Assembly: GCA_963745035.1 (NCBI GenBank)
Contig: CAVUVW010000026.1
Location: 64,001 to 128,000, forward strand
Length of the DNA stretch: 64,000 nt
Direction: 5' to 3'
From: an uncultured delta proteobacterium
GTDB lineage: Bacteria; Desulfobacterota; Binatia; UBA9968
Below are positions 28,256 to 37,317 of this stretch, one piece after another. The notes beneath the pieces are model-generated. The model searched no databases. It was not told the DNA's origin and was given only the letters and a program-made list of their open reading frames with translations. A program made the position numbers and the translations under genes. Numbering within the stretch: position 1 is the stretch's first letter; the number at the start of each line of letters is the position of its first letter.

Positions 28256-29101
28256 ATGAAGAAAGTACCGTACGTGTTCTTTATCGGTGTTTCGCTATTA
28301 ATCTTGGCGGCGGCTCCGGCGCAGAACTTTGCTCAGACAACTTCTGCGAGTAGCACGCCAGCTACCAACATCAGCAATGACTACAGTTACTTTCTTAAAA
28401 ACGTCAACTCACAGCAAGTCGTAAACGACCTTAGAAACGGGCAGTGGACCACCACTGTTACAGACCCTAAGACAAATGCGACAACTACTACCACCGAGGC
28501 TCTTCCAACCGGGAAGATGGGATTCGGCAATGTGAAGATTTCCTTGGGTCTAGCCCAGGAGAGCCTAAGGCAGCAAGGCATCCTACAGCCCACAACTGAG
28601 CAGCTTCACACGGCCATGGTGGGCGGGCAAATGGTTCCGGGCGACCCCACGACCACGACCAATGGCATTCTCCAGATGCGCGCCGATGGAATGGGTTGGG
28701 GACAAATTGCCCAAAAGTATGACGTCAAACTCGGTCAGCTCATGAGTGGCAAGCAGCCCGCCTCGACAACAACGACCAGCACGACGAGTACTAGTACGAC
28801 CAGCAAAGGTATCACTACCGGCAACGGAAAGTCGTCGACAACCTTCACGGGTAAAGGGAATGGCAAAGCCTTTTCAGGAAGTGAATCTCAGGAAAGCGGA
28901 ATCGTCAGCGCCTCGGGCCGAACCTCCGGTACATCCTCTGGTTCCGTAAGTCACGGCGGGCGTGGCATTGTGAGCGGGTCCGGTCGATCCATAGGTCATA
29001 CGAGCGGCATCGTTACGGGCGGGGGCAACGGGCATCAATATGGCGCATCGGGAGGCGGTCACGGTAATAGTGGGGGAAATGGAAAAGGTCATTCTAAATA
29101 G
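28256..29101 (+). CDS. Secreted Thr/Ser/Gly-rich protein
   Basis: Signal peptide; MGFGNV.ISL and GILQMRADGMGWGQIA motifs; Gly-rich tail. Confidence 0.8.
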   Translation: MKKVPYVFFIGVSLLILAAAPAQNFAQTTSASSTPATNISNDYSYFLKNVNSQQVVNDLRNGQWTTTVTDPKTNATTTTTEALPTGKMGFGNVKISLGLAQESLRQQGILQPTTEQLHTAMVGGQMVPGDPTTTTNGILQMRADGMGWGQIAQKYDVKLGQLMSGKQPASTTTTSTTSTSTTSKGITTGNGKSSTTFTGKGNGKAFSGSESQESGIVSASGRTSGTSSGSVSHGGRGIVSGSGRSIGHTSGIVTGGGNGHQYGASGGGHGNSGGNGKGHSK

Positions 29102-29471
29102 GCCCATGACCGACAGTCCGATCTGTATTTTTGAGTAATGAAAAATGGAACAACGTCAGAATTGTAATCACGAAAAAAGATCACACTCGTCAGAAAGCTG
29201 TGCTTCCGATTGCGTTACCTGTCGGCCCGCGAACGCGCCCATATTTCTCAATAGCATCTCGACAGGAGAAGACATTTCAGAGCAGATTGCGCGCCTGCGC
29301 AGATTCGAGCCGTCGCCGATGAACTTGACGCGTAATCTGCTCTGACCGGACATCCTGCTCATCAGCAGTTAGATCAGCCTCGCTGCGTCGGCGCTGAATT
29401 GTGGAAAGTCCATGCCGGAATCCGGTCTGATTGAGACGGTGTATAGTCATTAAAAACTAGGAGACAAACTT

Positions 29472-29603
29472 ATGAGCGGAAAGGTGATTGGGCTTCTACT
29501 GGCTCTTGCGCTCATATGGTGGCTTTACAGTTTCTGTGGAGGAGATCCGAGATGCCCGGCGACGGACTACGCGATACGATCACCGATCCGTTGGCTTTTC
29601 TAA
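29472..29603 (+). CDS. Small membrane protein, 43 aa
   Basis: RBS AGGAGA; MSGKVIGLLLALALIWWLYSFCGGDPRCP... Confidence 0.5.
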   Translation: MSGKVIGLLLALALIWWLYSFCGGDPRCPATDYAIRSPIRWLF

Positions 29604-30078
29604 CGACTTAAGCAACAGCTAATGCGGGGTCATCAGCGCCGGTACTCTGGGGATGGGTGATGATTGCGTGCAATACGGGAGCTTCAGCGCTGGTGGGATG
29701 GGAAGAATCATCACCCTAAGAATGCTCGTGGTCCTGCTAGACAGTAGATGCCGTTCACTGGTGAACACCAAACTGTTCACCGGCGATCAGCAGATGTTCA
29801 TGGGTGAATAGCCCCCCAATTACTTTTAAGATTACTAAGATCGTCCGCTCCTTGGTTATTCCACCTCTGTATTTTTAGCCCAACACCCAATCGTCTCCCG
29901 CTTCCAACTTCAAGTCGCGATCAAAACTCCAAGCCTTCGCGTCGATATCGCGGGGTCTCGCCTCGTGTATGTCACGAGTTTTCCAACTACGAATCAAGGT
30001 GACGATACCTGGAAGGATACAAAAAGATACGCTGGGTGTGATGATGAGTATGAGAGCTAGACTGTGCACGTTTCTAAC

Positions 30079-31553
30079 TAGTTCTCACTGAAAAAGTAGG
30101 GTTGAGACCGGATTGGAGATCATCAGCGACTGAATCGGTTTTTCAAATGGGAACAATCTTTAGAGTTGATCATCACTCAGGTTCTTTGCCACAGGTTGTA
30201 AGAGAAGATCGCCCATCCTGTCCAGATAGCCGTTCCTGCAGAGCCCTTGGCCAGCACTCGACCCAAGCCGAACTTGCGTTTCAGCATACTGATGGAGGCT
30301 TCTATGCCGCAGCGAAACCGTTGCAATTGTCTGAACCACTTCTTTCTTTGATGAGTCCTTTCACGGCTGCTCAAGCGGCCCACTTTCGGGATGCCGACTT
30401 TCTCAATCCCGGCCTGGCTGAGTTTCAGCACGTTATCGCGACTGTAGTAACCTCGATCCGCGGCCAGTTCCGTAGGTTTTATCCCCACAGCGGTTTTTGC
30501 CTGTCGCAGTACCGAAAGCAGTTCGGTCCTATCGCTGGGGTTGCCTCTGTGAACCTCGTAGTGAACGATGACTCCACAACTGTCCTGCACCAGCTGCAGC
30601 GTACGCCCAAACTCCACCGCCTTATTAAGTTTCCCTTTGCGAATCGGCCGCACCTCAGGGTCGTGGAAGGAAACGATCCGCTGCGGGATTGATTTTTGTC
30701 CCGCAAGCTTTTGCTCGGTCTGGCTCAGAATAGTTTGAGCCCGCTCGATTTGATCCAAAAACTTTCCCTTGAGCTTTGCACACTGATCCGACACCGATGG
30801 AAACGCCCGGCGGCTCTGTCGAACGGTGTGTTGGACAAGCTTGGCCACTTTCTTGAGGATTTTTCTTCCCTTCCTTTGACGCTCTTTGGGCTTGCCCTTG
30901 GCCGACTGACTCCAACTGAAAAGCGCCCGCTTGGTGGCCCGTACGTGGCTGGTGATCTTTTGACCCAAAGAGCGCGCCGTACGGGTAAGCGTTTTGATCG
31001 CCTGGTGCATCACTCCAACATCGTTGGGATAGCTGATGTGAGCCTCCAGGGTGGTGGAGTCGATGCGAATCCGGCGCGGCTTAATCGATCGACTCTTGAT
31101 CAACTGCTTGACCAAATGCTTATTGAGACCGCTGATCCGATCTTGGCCAAATCTTTGATTGAGCTTGATCAAAGTCGTAGCGTCGGGGACGGGGTCCATC
31201 AGGGAAAGATGGCAAAAATACCGCCACGGCAGCCTCTCTCGAACTTCCCGCTCCACTTCTTCGTAGCTCAAGCCCCAGCGAAATTTCAGGTACATCATCC
31301 GCAGATAGATCCCCACCGCCGTGCCGGGACGGCCCAGACTCGGATCGAAAACCTCCTCAAAGGGTCTGAGCAAAGGCGCATTGGACAAAAGCTCATCGAC
31401 CTTTTTAAGCTCTTCATCCAACTCGTAGAGCGAGGCATCGACAAAACCATCGCCAAAACTCATTTGCTGGGATATGGGTCTGCGCATGATTTACTCTTTA
31501 CACGATACTACTGCTCAGACCCAAGACAATTTGTACTTTTTCAGTGAGAACTA
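30079..31553 (-). mobile_element. IS5/ISNCY-type insertion sequence
   Basis: 20-bp perfect TIRs TAGTTCTCACTGAAAAAGTA / TACTTTTTCAGTGAGAACTA (terminal TA may be the target duplication). Confidence 0.92.
30177..31487 (-). CDS. IS5-like DDE transposase
   Basis: GRPG, PDATTL, RIDST, AADRGY, RCGIEASIS.LKR. Confidence 0.95.
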   Translation of the reverse strand: MRRPISQQMSFGDGFVDASLYELDEELKKVDELLSNAPLLRPFEEVFDPSLGRPGTAVGIYLRMMYLKFRWGLSYEEVEREVRERLPWRYFCHLSLMDPVPDATTLIKLNQRFGQDRISGLNKHLVKQLIKSRSIKPRRIRIDSTTLEAHISYPNDVGVMHQAIKTLTRTARSLGQKITSHVRATKRALFSWSQSAKGKPKERQRKGRKILKKVAKLVQHTVRQSRRAFPSVSDQCAKLKGKFLDQIERAQTILSQTEQKLAGQKSIPQRIVSFHDPEVRPIRKGKLNKAVEFGRTLQLVQDSCGVIVHYEVHRGNPSDRTELLSVLRQAKTAVGIKPTELAADRGYYSRDNVLKLSQAGIEKVGIPKVGRLSSRERTHQRKKWFRQLQRFRCGIEASISMLKRKFGLGRVLAKGSAGTAIWTGWAIFSYNLWQRT

Positions 31554-31634
31554 ATTACTACTGGATCGGTTTCACGTACTAAAAGCCGCGGTCGGATTCT
31601 CCATCAATCCGATATTCGCAGCAATCCAACTAAA

Positions 31635-31655
31635 GCGTCGTACAGGTCAATCCTA
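31635..31655 (-). repeat. Inverted AGGATTGA site (left boundary of module B)
   Basis: GCGTCGTACAGGTCAATCCTA, homologous to 16850-16869. Confidence 0.65.
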
Positions 31656-31723
31656 AAGATATCTGGGATTGGTTTGCCTGGATACACCGCAGCCTGATAT
31701 CTGGATACACCAAGGGAGCACGT

Positions 31724-32500
31724 ATGTTCGAAGTCGCAGAGGCATATGAAGTAATGATGGGGCGGTGGAGCCGGCAGTTGGCGCCGTTGTTTGTGGCCTT
31801 TGTCGGTGTCCGGGATGGTGAGAGTGTGCTCGACGTAGGATGTGGCACGGGCTCGCTATCAATGACTTTGGCCAGAGTCACTGGAGCTTCGAAGATTGTT
31901 GGTATCGATCCTTCCAGCGGTTTTGTCGAATACGCCCGGACGCAAAATGCCGATCCGCGTGTGACCTTCGAGGTCGGCGACGCGCAGGCCTTGCCTTACT
32001 CCGACGAGTCATTCGACCGATCCATGGCATTACTCATCGTCAACTTTATCCCCGATGCTCCAAAGGCGGCGAAAGAGATGCGCAGAGTGACGCGGTCAGG
32101 AGGTATAGTTGCAACGACGATGTGGGACCGCCGTGCTAACGAACTCAATGCCTGCTTGTGGAAGGCCGCCGTTGCGATCGATCCGACTGTGAAACGGCCT
32201 ACTGAGACGGGACGGTCGTACGGTTCTGCGGAAGCGCTTTCAGATCTCTGGAAAAGCGCCAGTCTTACAGACATCGAAGTTACAGACTTGATGATGCCGT
32301 GCTAGTTCTCTTCGTTTGATGAGCTGTGGCAACGTAGTCTGACTGGCGAGAGCGCTGGGAGCGCTTACGTGCTCAGTCTGACAGAGGATCGCCGCCAGGC
32401 GTTAAGACAACAGTTGCGGCAAGATGTTCTGCACGGCAATGCCGATGGGCCGTTTACACTTCAAGCGAAAGCGTGGGCGGTGCGTGGTCTCGTGCCTTGA
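31724..32500 (+). pseudogene. Class I SAM methyltransferase with an in-frame TAG at 32303-32305
   Basis: VLDVGCGTG; same frame continues FSSFDELW...AKAWAVRGLVP*. Confidence 0.85.
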
Positions 32501-32553
32501 ATCGAATTGCGTAATACCCGGGGAAGAAGTTGAGAGCTGTTATTGACAGATTT

Positions 32554-32608
32554 GCCTAACCTCCGGCTTGAGAAAGGCGCTTCGCGCTTCTCAGCCTTCA
32601 CGTTAACG
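32554..32608 (+). other. attC site 3 (short)
   Basis: GCCTAAC...GGCTTGAGAA...TTCTCAGCC...GTTAACG. Confidence 0.75.
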
Positions 32609-32738
32609 CTAGGATTGAACTGAATTCTCCATCAACGCAATCTGGCGTGAGATCACATTGAAGCGACGAAATTTGGGTTCCCCTTTGACGAATACTGTCA
32701 AAGGCATGGGCCGCGGGGACGCTGATATTCAGTCAGCG
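32609..32738 (+). repeat. 130-bp non-coding element, copy B
   Basis: See 18177-18307. Confidence 0.9.
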
Positions 32739-32853
32739 GAATATTTCCATTCGATGTAGCGTGCGAAGCGAGGCGGTTTTAGCGGCGCCTCTCACCTAAT
32801 TAGGATGATCACACCTATCGCCATTTTCCGTAAAAGCAGTCCGGAGAAAATTT

Positions 32854-33332
32854 TTATCCTGCCGGTACTACTCCGCGCACTGCCCAAGCCTTTGCACGAA
32901 GTTTAATCGACCCATCAGGGCGATTACCAAGACTGTCTGTGCGTAGTCGCTCCTTCAATACCTGTCGGCGATCGTCGGAGAGACTACTGATATAAGGTTT
33001 AGGCGGTCCCTGGGTATTTGACAAGAGACTCCAGAAATCGTCAAGGGAAGTTTCTGAGCATCTCCGATTTCAAAAGCAACATGCGGATGTGAATTCTGCG
33101 CACGAGCATATTCTAAGTAGCCAACTGAAGGGTCAATGCCGACAACAGTTGAGGCTTTTGTTGTATCAGCGATAGTGAATGTCAGTGAACCCGTACCACA
33201 GCCTACGTCTAATACCCGATCCCCTTCTTTAATACCGTCTATAAATTTGATGAAGAGAGGAGCAAGGGTTTTACTCCTGCTTGCCATTCCGGCCTGATAC
33301 TTATCAGCATCCGTGTGCAGGTTGGGTTCCAT
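32854..33332 (-). pseudogene. Internally deleted class I SAM methyltransferase, paralog of 31724-32500
   Basis: RVLDVGCGTGSL...GDAQKLP, then the C-terminal piece KLRAKAWAVRGVVPAG*. Confidence 0.8.
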
Positions 33333-33455
33333 AGTCGCCTCCGTAACCGTGTTGACCGGGACTGACGTCTAACTACCAACATACTGATAGCTTTTGCGGA
33401 TATTAATATCGCCAAAGGCCGCCGGCAAGGTAAAGGCCGATTCTAAGCTGTGCCT

Positions 33456-33614
33456 GTTCTGTGCCAGAACCAGAGCAGAACATCATATCCCATTGCCTAA
33501 CGCCCTGGAGACGAGCGTTAGAATTATTGGCTTTTCTTGTTGATGCTCTGGTCTGCGCTTGAATTGACTCTTAATCAGCGGGCATAGGGTCTTCTGTGAT
33601 GCTAGGATTGAACT
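33456..33614 (+). repeat. att-arm plus tRNA-Lys(CTT) fragment plus GCTAGGATTGAACT, copy B
   Basis: See 19313-19489. Confidence 0.8.
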
Positions 33615-33796
33615 TGAGTAGAAGTTACGCACCCGGAACGACTTAATCACCCTTCCAACCTGTCAAAGAACAGAGACAACCACGCTCAATCATTTCGATC
33701 CTTGCACTTCAGCTGACAGAAATAATCCGGTCTCGCACTTGCTCTCCCCCGATCCGCTCTCAGGACAAAAGCTGTTGGAAAGCAACTACGGGTGAA

Positions 33797-33976
33797 ATGA
33801 GCAAACAGCCAGAGTGGCCTCTCTTTGCAGTGCCATGCTTGCTATGCGGACACACAAGTTGTCGTGACTGTCGTACGGTGTCGCCTTCTACACTCGCCTG
33901 CTGTCGATGTGGAGAGAATGCAACGAAATGTATTGAAAAGTTTGTAGAGCTTCAAAAACCGAAGGCGAATGCATAA
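33797..33976 (+). CDS. Small Cys-rich protein, 59 aa (missed by the ORF track)
   Basis: MSKQPEWPLFAVPCLLCGHTSCRDCRTVSPSTLACCRC...; paralog of 25754-25957. Confidence 0.75.
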   Translation: MSKQPEWPLFAVPCLLCGHTSCRDCRTVSPSTLACCRCGENATKCIEKFVELQKPKANA

Positions 33977-34188
33977 GTGCCAATTTTGGCCACTGCTCAA
34001 GGTTGTACCGATTAATCCACGCGTAGTGCGCCAGCTGCGCTGCGCTCGTTGTTTTCTGATCGGCGATGTCTTCCTCAGTCATCATTTGCAACCAATTGGT
34101 CGGTCACTATTGACTGGCCTACAATCTGCTCAACGCTGTGTGCCGGCCGGCACAAACATACTGATGACCTTGAATAGGAGGAAAACGA

Positions 34189-34635
34189 GTGAACAAGAAA
34201 CTCTCAAAGGTAAGCGTAATGGCTGCAGTGGTTTTATTCGCTGCTTCAACATCTGTAAATGCACACCATCTATTAGCCCCGACGACTGTACTTTGTCCGA
34301 TCGTCAACAACGTCATTCAAGTGAATTGGGATGACTTAGCCGAGGCTACGAAATACTCAGTAAATGTCGTAGTGAGTTACGATACCGGCATTCCCGGAGA
34401 TACGACGGACGACACCAGCAAGGATTGGGATTTCGGCACCGGAGACCGGATGGATGGGTTTCCAATTTCTCAGTCCGACTTGATGATTCCACTGAACGCT
34501 TTGATTCACGATTTCGGAACAGGACCGTTGTCTCCTCTTGCAGTTCAGCTCCGTGTTAAAGGTCTCCACGCTGGGAAGAATCAAGAACGGCAAAATAACC
34601 TATTTTCGGATTTTTGTTTTCCCGCAGCTGTGTAA
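34189..34635 (+). CDS. Secreted beta-rich (FN3-like) protein
   Basis: RBS AGGAGG; signal peptide; W.....ATKYSV...LRVKG. Confidence 0.7.
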   Translation: MNKKLSKVSVMAAVVLFAASTSVNAHHLLAPTTVLCPIVNNVIQVNWDDLAEATKYSVNVVVSYDTGIPGDTTDDTSKDWDFGTGDRMDGFPISQSDLMIPLNALIHDFGTGPLSPLAVQLRVKGLHAGKNQERQNNLFSDFCFPAAV

Positions 34636-34654
34636 CCGACATCATAAATAAATC

Positions 34655-34692
34655 CACACCGAGGCACTCTCAACGAAGGGTGCCTCGGTGTG
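34655..34692 (+). terminator. Stem-loop terminator
   Basis: CACACCGAGGCAC...GTGCCTCGGTGTG. Confidence 0.7.
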
Positions 34693-34938
34693 ACCGTTAT
34701 GTGAAGAGTTCCGCGTAAGGTGGCTTCAACTGTGGTCAGCCGGTTGCCCTGTAGACTGCTCTCGGCTCAAAACGGAAATGGACGGAAATTCATTTCCGTC
34801 TTGGGGATGAATCGGGCTGAAATCGGGAATTATCGGGCAATATCCCAAGATCAGCCGGAAACAAAAAAGCCGCGCATATCCATAGACATGCATGGCTTTA
34901 TTCACTTTTTTCTTTCTTGTGTTTTACACGGCGAGTTT

Positions 34939-34964
34939 GGGTTCAAATCCCGTCGGGGACGCCA
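34939..34964 (+). repeat. att core: second tRNA-Glu 3'-end copy
   Basis: Identical to 13532-13557. Confidence 0.85.
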
Positions 34965-35202
34965 CTCTATTCCAAGACTTAGGAAATTGACCGGAAAAGG
35001 TTCCGGTTTTCTGCGCAACGTAAAGCGCGTAACAGCGCGTCGCGATCATCGCGAATATACTTCCTGTAGTGCTCTTGAATCATGACGATGCTTGTTCCGG
35101 TCTGCTCCGCGATCCACTTTTGATTACTGCCCAAAGTCAACGCGGTGCCGATGTACCGAATGGCGCAGGTCGTAAAACGGGCGTTGGCGGTATTAATGAT
35201 TG

Positions 35203-35370
35203 TTAGGGCTTTTTGAGTTTTTGCTGCTCTTGGATTTGTGCTCGGATTCGACGCGAGCGGGCGACCGCTGCCTTGGTTTGTTCCACAGCAGTCTTGGACT
35301 CGTCGCGCAGAACACGGGACTCCTCACACAATTTTCTACTGTAGTCTACGGTTACGTCAGATCGGGCCAT
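35203..35370 (-). CDS. Small coiled-coil protein, 55 aa
   Basis: RBS AAGGAG; MARSDVTVDYSRKLCEESRVLRDESK... Confidence 0.6.
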   Translation of the reverse strand: MARSDVTVDYSRKLCEESRVLRDESKTAVEQTKAAVARSRRIRAQIQEQQKLKKP

Positions 35371-35447
35371 GCGCAGGACTCCTTTCCCCTGGTGAGGGTT
35401 CGGGCTTCCGGTCCTGTGGCCCCGGTGGATAAGCTCAAACGATTATT
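35371..35447 (-). promoter_or_regulatory. Conserved 5' leader motif, copy 1 (copy 2 at 36203-36278)
   Basis: GTTTGAGCTTATCCACC.GG.C..CAGGACCG.AAGCCCGAAC...AAGGAGTCC before two unrelated genes. Confidence 0.65.
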
Positions 35448-35467
35448 AGTTTCTAGCTGGGTAGATT

Positions 35468-35778
35468 TTACAGCATATGCGACAAATTTAAGTCTCCGAT
35501 CTCTTTGATGGACCGACCGACGTTTGCCTGCAAGATCGTATAAATTTGGTGGCAGAATTGGCGATCATCCAAGTGGATCGAGCCCATATATCGAAAGCTT
35601 GATACTGGATGAACATAAAAATTTTGTTATCGAACAGTGCGTGCATCATCGCGCGTTCGAGAGTCCCGATTTCCCCGGTCGGTCTGTCGTTAGCGTCCAG
35701 GCGTGTCGTTGTCCAGGTTGGCGGCCAACTTGGAATGCCGCTCTTGCGGGTCATTAGCGGGTGATCACGAAACCGCAT
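35468..35778 (-). CDS. Hypothetical HPLM...WPPxW family protein (1-nt frameshift)
   Basis: MRFRDHPLM...SWPPTW...GEIGTL.../RYMGSIHLDD.QFC...IKEIGDLNLS. Confidence 0.75.
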
Positions 35779-35893
35779 GCCCGCAATTAGACAGGACTCA
35801 CTGGGAAGAGTCAACGAAATAGTACAATGTCAGAAAGGCGACAATTAAGTTCAAGGCGCCGCGCGGTTCACTTCACCGATGGCGACAGTTACG

Positions 35894-36202
35894 CTAAAGC
35901 GTATAGGAGATGTCCAAAGAGCCGATGTCTTCAATCGCGAGGTTCACATGATGTTGCAGCACAAAGAAGAGATGGCGACAAAAGGCCGCATCATCGATGA
36001 GAATCGTACCCAAGTAGTTCCGGCCTTCGTATTCGGTGTACAAATGGCAGGTATAGCCTTCCATTGACGAGTAGGAAACCCGCCTTAGTGTCCCTAGTTC
36101 ACCCGTCAGGATTTTATTTCTAGGCTCTTCTGTCGGACTCCATCTTGGAGGCCAGGTCGGCATGTCGTAATATCGCATTAGCGGGTGATTTCGGAGTTCC
36201 AT
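35894..36202 (-). CDS. Hypothetical HPLM...WPPxW family protein
   Basis: Tandem paralog of 35468-35778; RBS AAGGAG. Confidence 0.8.
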   Translation of the reverse strand: MELRNHPLMRYYDMPTWPPRWSPTEEPRNKILTGELGTLRRVSYSSMEGYTCHLYTEYEGRNYLGTILIDDAAFCRHLFFVLQHHVNLAIEDIGSLDISYTL

Positions 36203-36467
36203 TCCGGACTCCTTCCCACGGCGTTAGCGTTCGGGCTTTCGGTCCTGCGGGCCGGGTGGATAAGCTCAAACTGTTATCCAGATAGCCCAGAGTAGGCTCA
36301 TCGCGGAGGCACGTTCAAGGGGTTTCAAGAAGCGGATGGATAATTTTGACTTTATTCGCTCTGTGCGGACTTGCGCCCCGATGAGCCGACTGGTTTTAAT
36401 GGCAAACGTCGAGGCCTTTTTAGTGACCGCGAACATTCTTGCAAGAATTTTTCACAACACTGCCGCG

Positions 36468-37301
36468 TCATCGCTGCTTGGGATCGAGCAGATCGCGCAA
36501 TCCGTTGCCCAGTATATTGAACGCAAGGATCGTGACGAAGATCGCCGCGGCGGGAAAGGCGATGACGTGCGGATAGCTGCGCATCGCGCGGTAGCCGTCT
36601 TGCGCCAAGGTGCCCCAGCTCGTGCCCCACGCGCTGTACGGATCGTTGATGCCGAGGCCGATGAAGCTCAAGGTCGATTCGGCGAGGATCGCGGACGGAA
36701 TGCTGAACGTGAGGGTGACGATGATTGGACCGATGATGTTGGGCAGAATGTGCCGCAGCAAGATCCTGCTTCGCGGCGAGCCGAGAGCGGCGGCGCTTTC
36801 CACGAACAGCAGCTCTTTGGCTTGCAGCACCTGGCCGCGCGCAATGCGCGCGAAACGCACCCAGGTCACGAGACCGAGGGCGATGAGAAGGCCGCCGACG
36901 TTCCTTCCTAGCACAAGCGACAGCAAGATAAAGATCAATAGATCAGGCAGGCCGTAGAAGACGTCCACGGTGCGCATCATGAAGTGATCCCAGCGGCCGC
37001 CTTTAAAGCCGGCAATCATTCCGTAGCCCGTGCCGATCACCAGCGCGATCAAGGCCGTTCCGACACCGACCGTGATCGAGACACGCGCGCCGTACAGCAC
37101 TCGCGTCAAAAGGTCCCGGCCGAGGCCGTCCGTGCCCATCCAGTGCGCCGTGCTCGGTGGCTCCAAGAGGCGCTTCGCTTCCAGGCCGCCGGCGGCGTAC
37201 GGGGCGATCCAGGGAGCGAGAAATCCCAGCGCGATCACTACCGAGACGACGACGCCGCTGGTGACAAGCCAAGGATTGGTTGCCGTCGCGGCGCGGTTCA
37301 A
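36468..37301 (-). CDS. oppC: Oligopeptide ABC transporter permease
   Basis: HWMGTDGLGRD, FVESAAALG, ILAESTLSFIGLG. Confidence 0.9.
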   Translation of the reverse strand: MNRAATATNPWLVTSGVVVSVVIALGFLAPWIAPYAAGGLEAKRLLEPPSTAHWMGTDGLGRDLLTRVLYGARVSITVGVGTALIALVIGTGYGMIAGFKGGRWDHFMMRTVDVFYGLPDLLIFILLSLVLGRNVGGLLIALGLVTWVRFARIARGQVLQAKELLFVESAAALGSPRSRILLRHILPNIIGPIIVTLTFSIPSAILAESTLSFIGLGINDPYSAWGTSWGTLAQDGYRAMRSYPHVIAFPAAAIFVTILAFNILGNGLRDLLDPKQR

Positions 37302-37317
37302 ATCATCCTCATGTGGA

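Larger units (their letters stand above)
13532..34964. mobile_element. ~21.4-kb degenerate integrative element bounded by tRNA-Glu att repeats
   Basis: 26-bp direct repeats, integrase remnant at the left end, inverted tandem CGGAAAT arm-like sites near both ends. Confidence 0.75.

Noticed and set aside
32303-32305. Amber read-through (pyrrolysine) in the methyltransferase
   Set aside because: No pyl genes in view, not a methylamine methyltransferase, and the surroundings are decaying; a nonsense mutation or base error is simpler.
35400-35420. SRP RNA (CAGGACCGGAAG on the minus strand)
   Set aside because: Lacks the following G(A/T)AGCAGC half of helix 8 and sits in mRNA-leader position.
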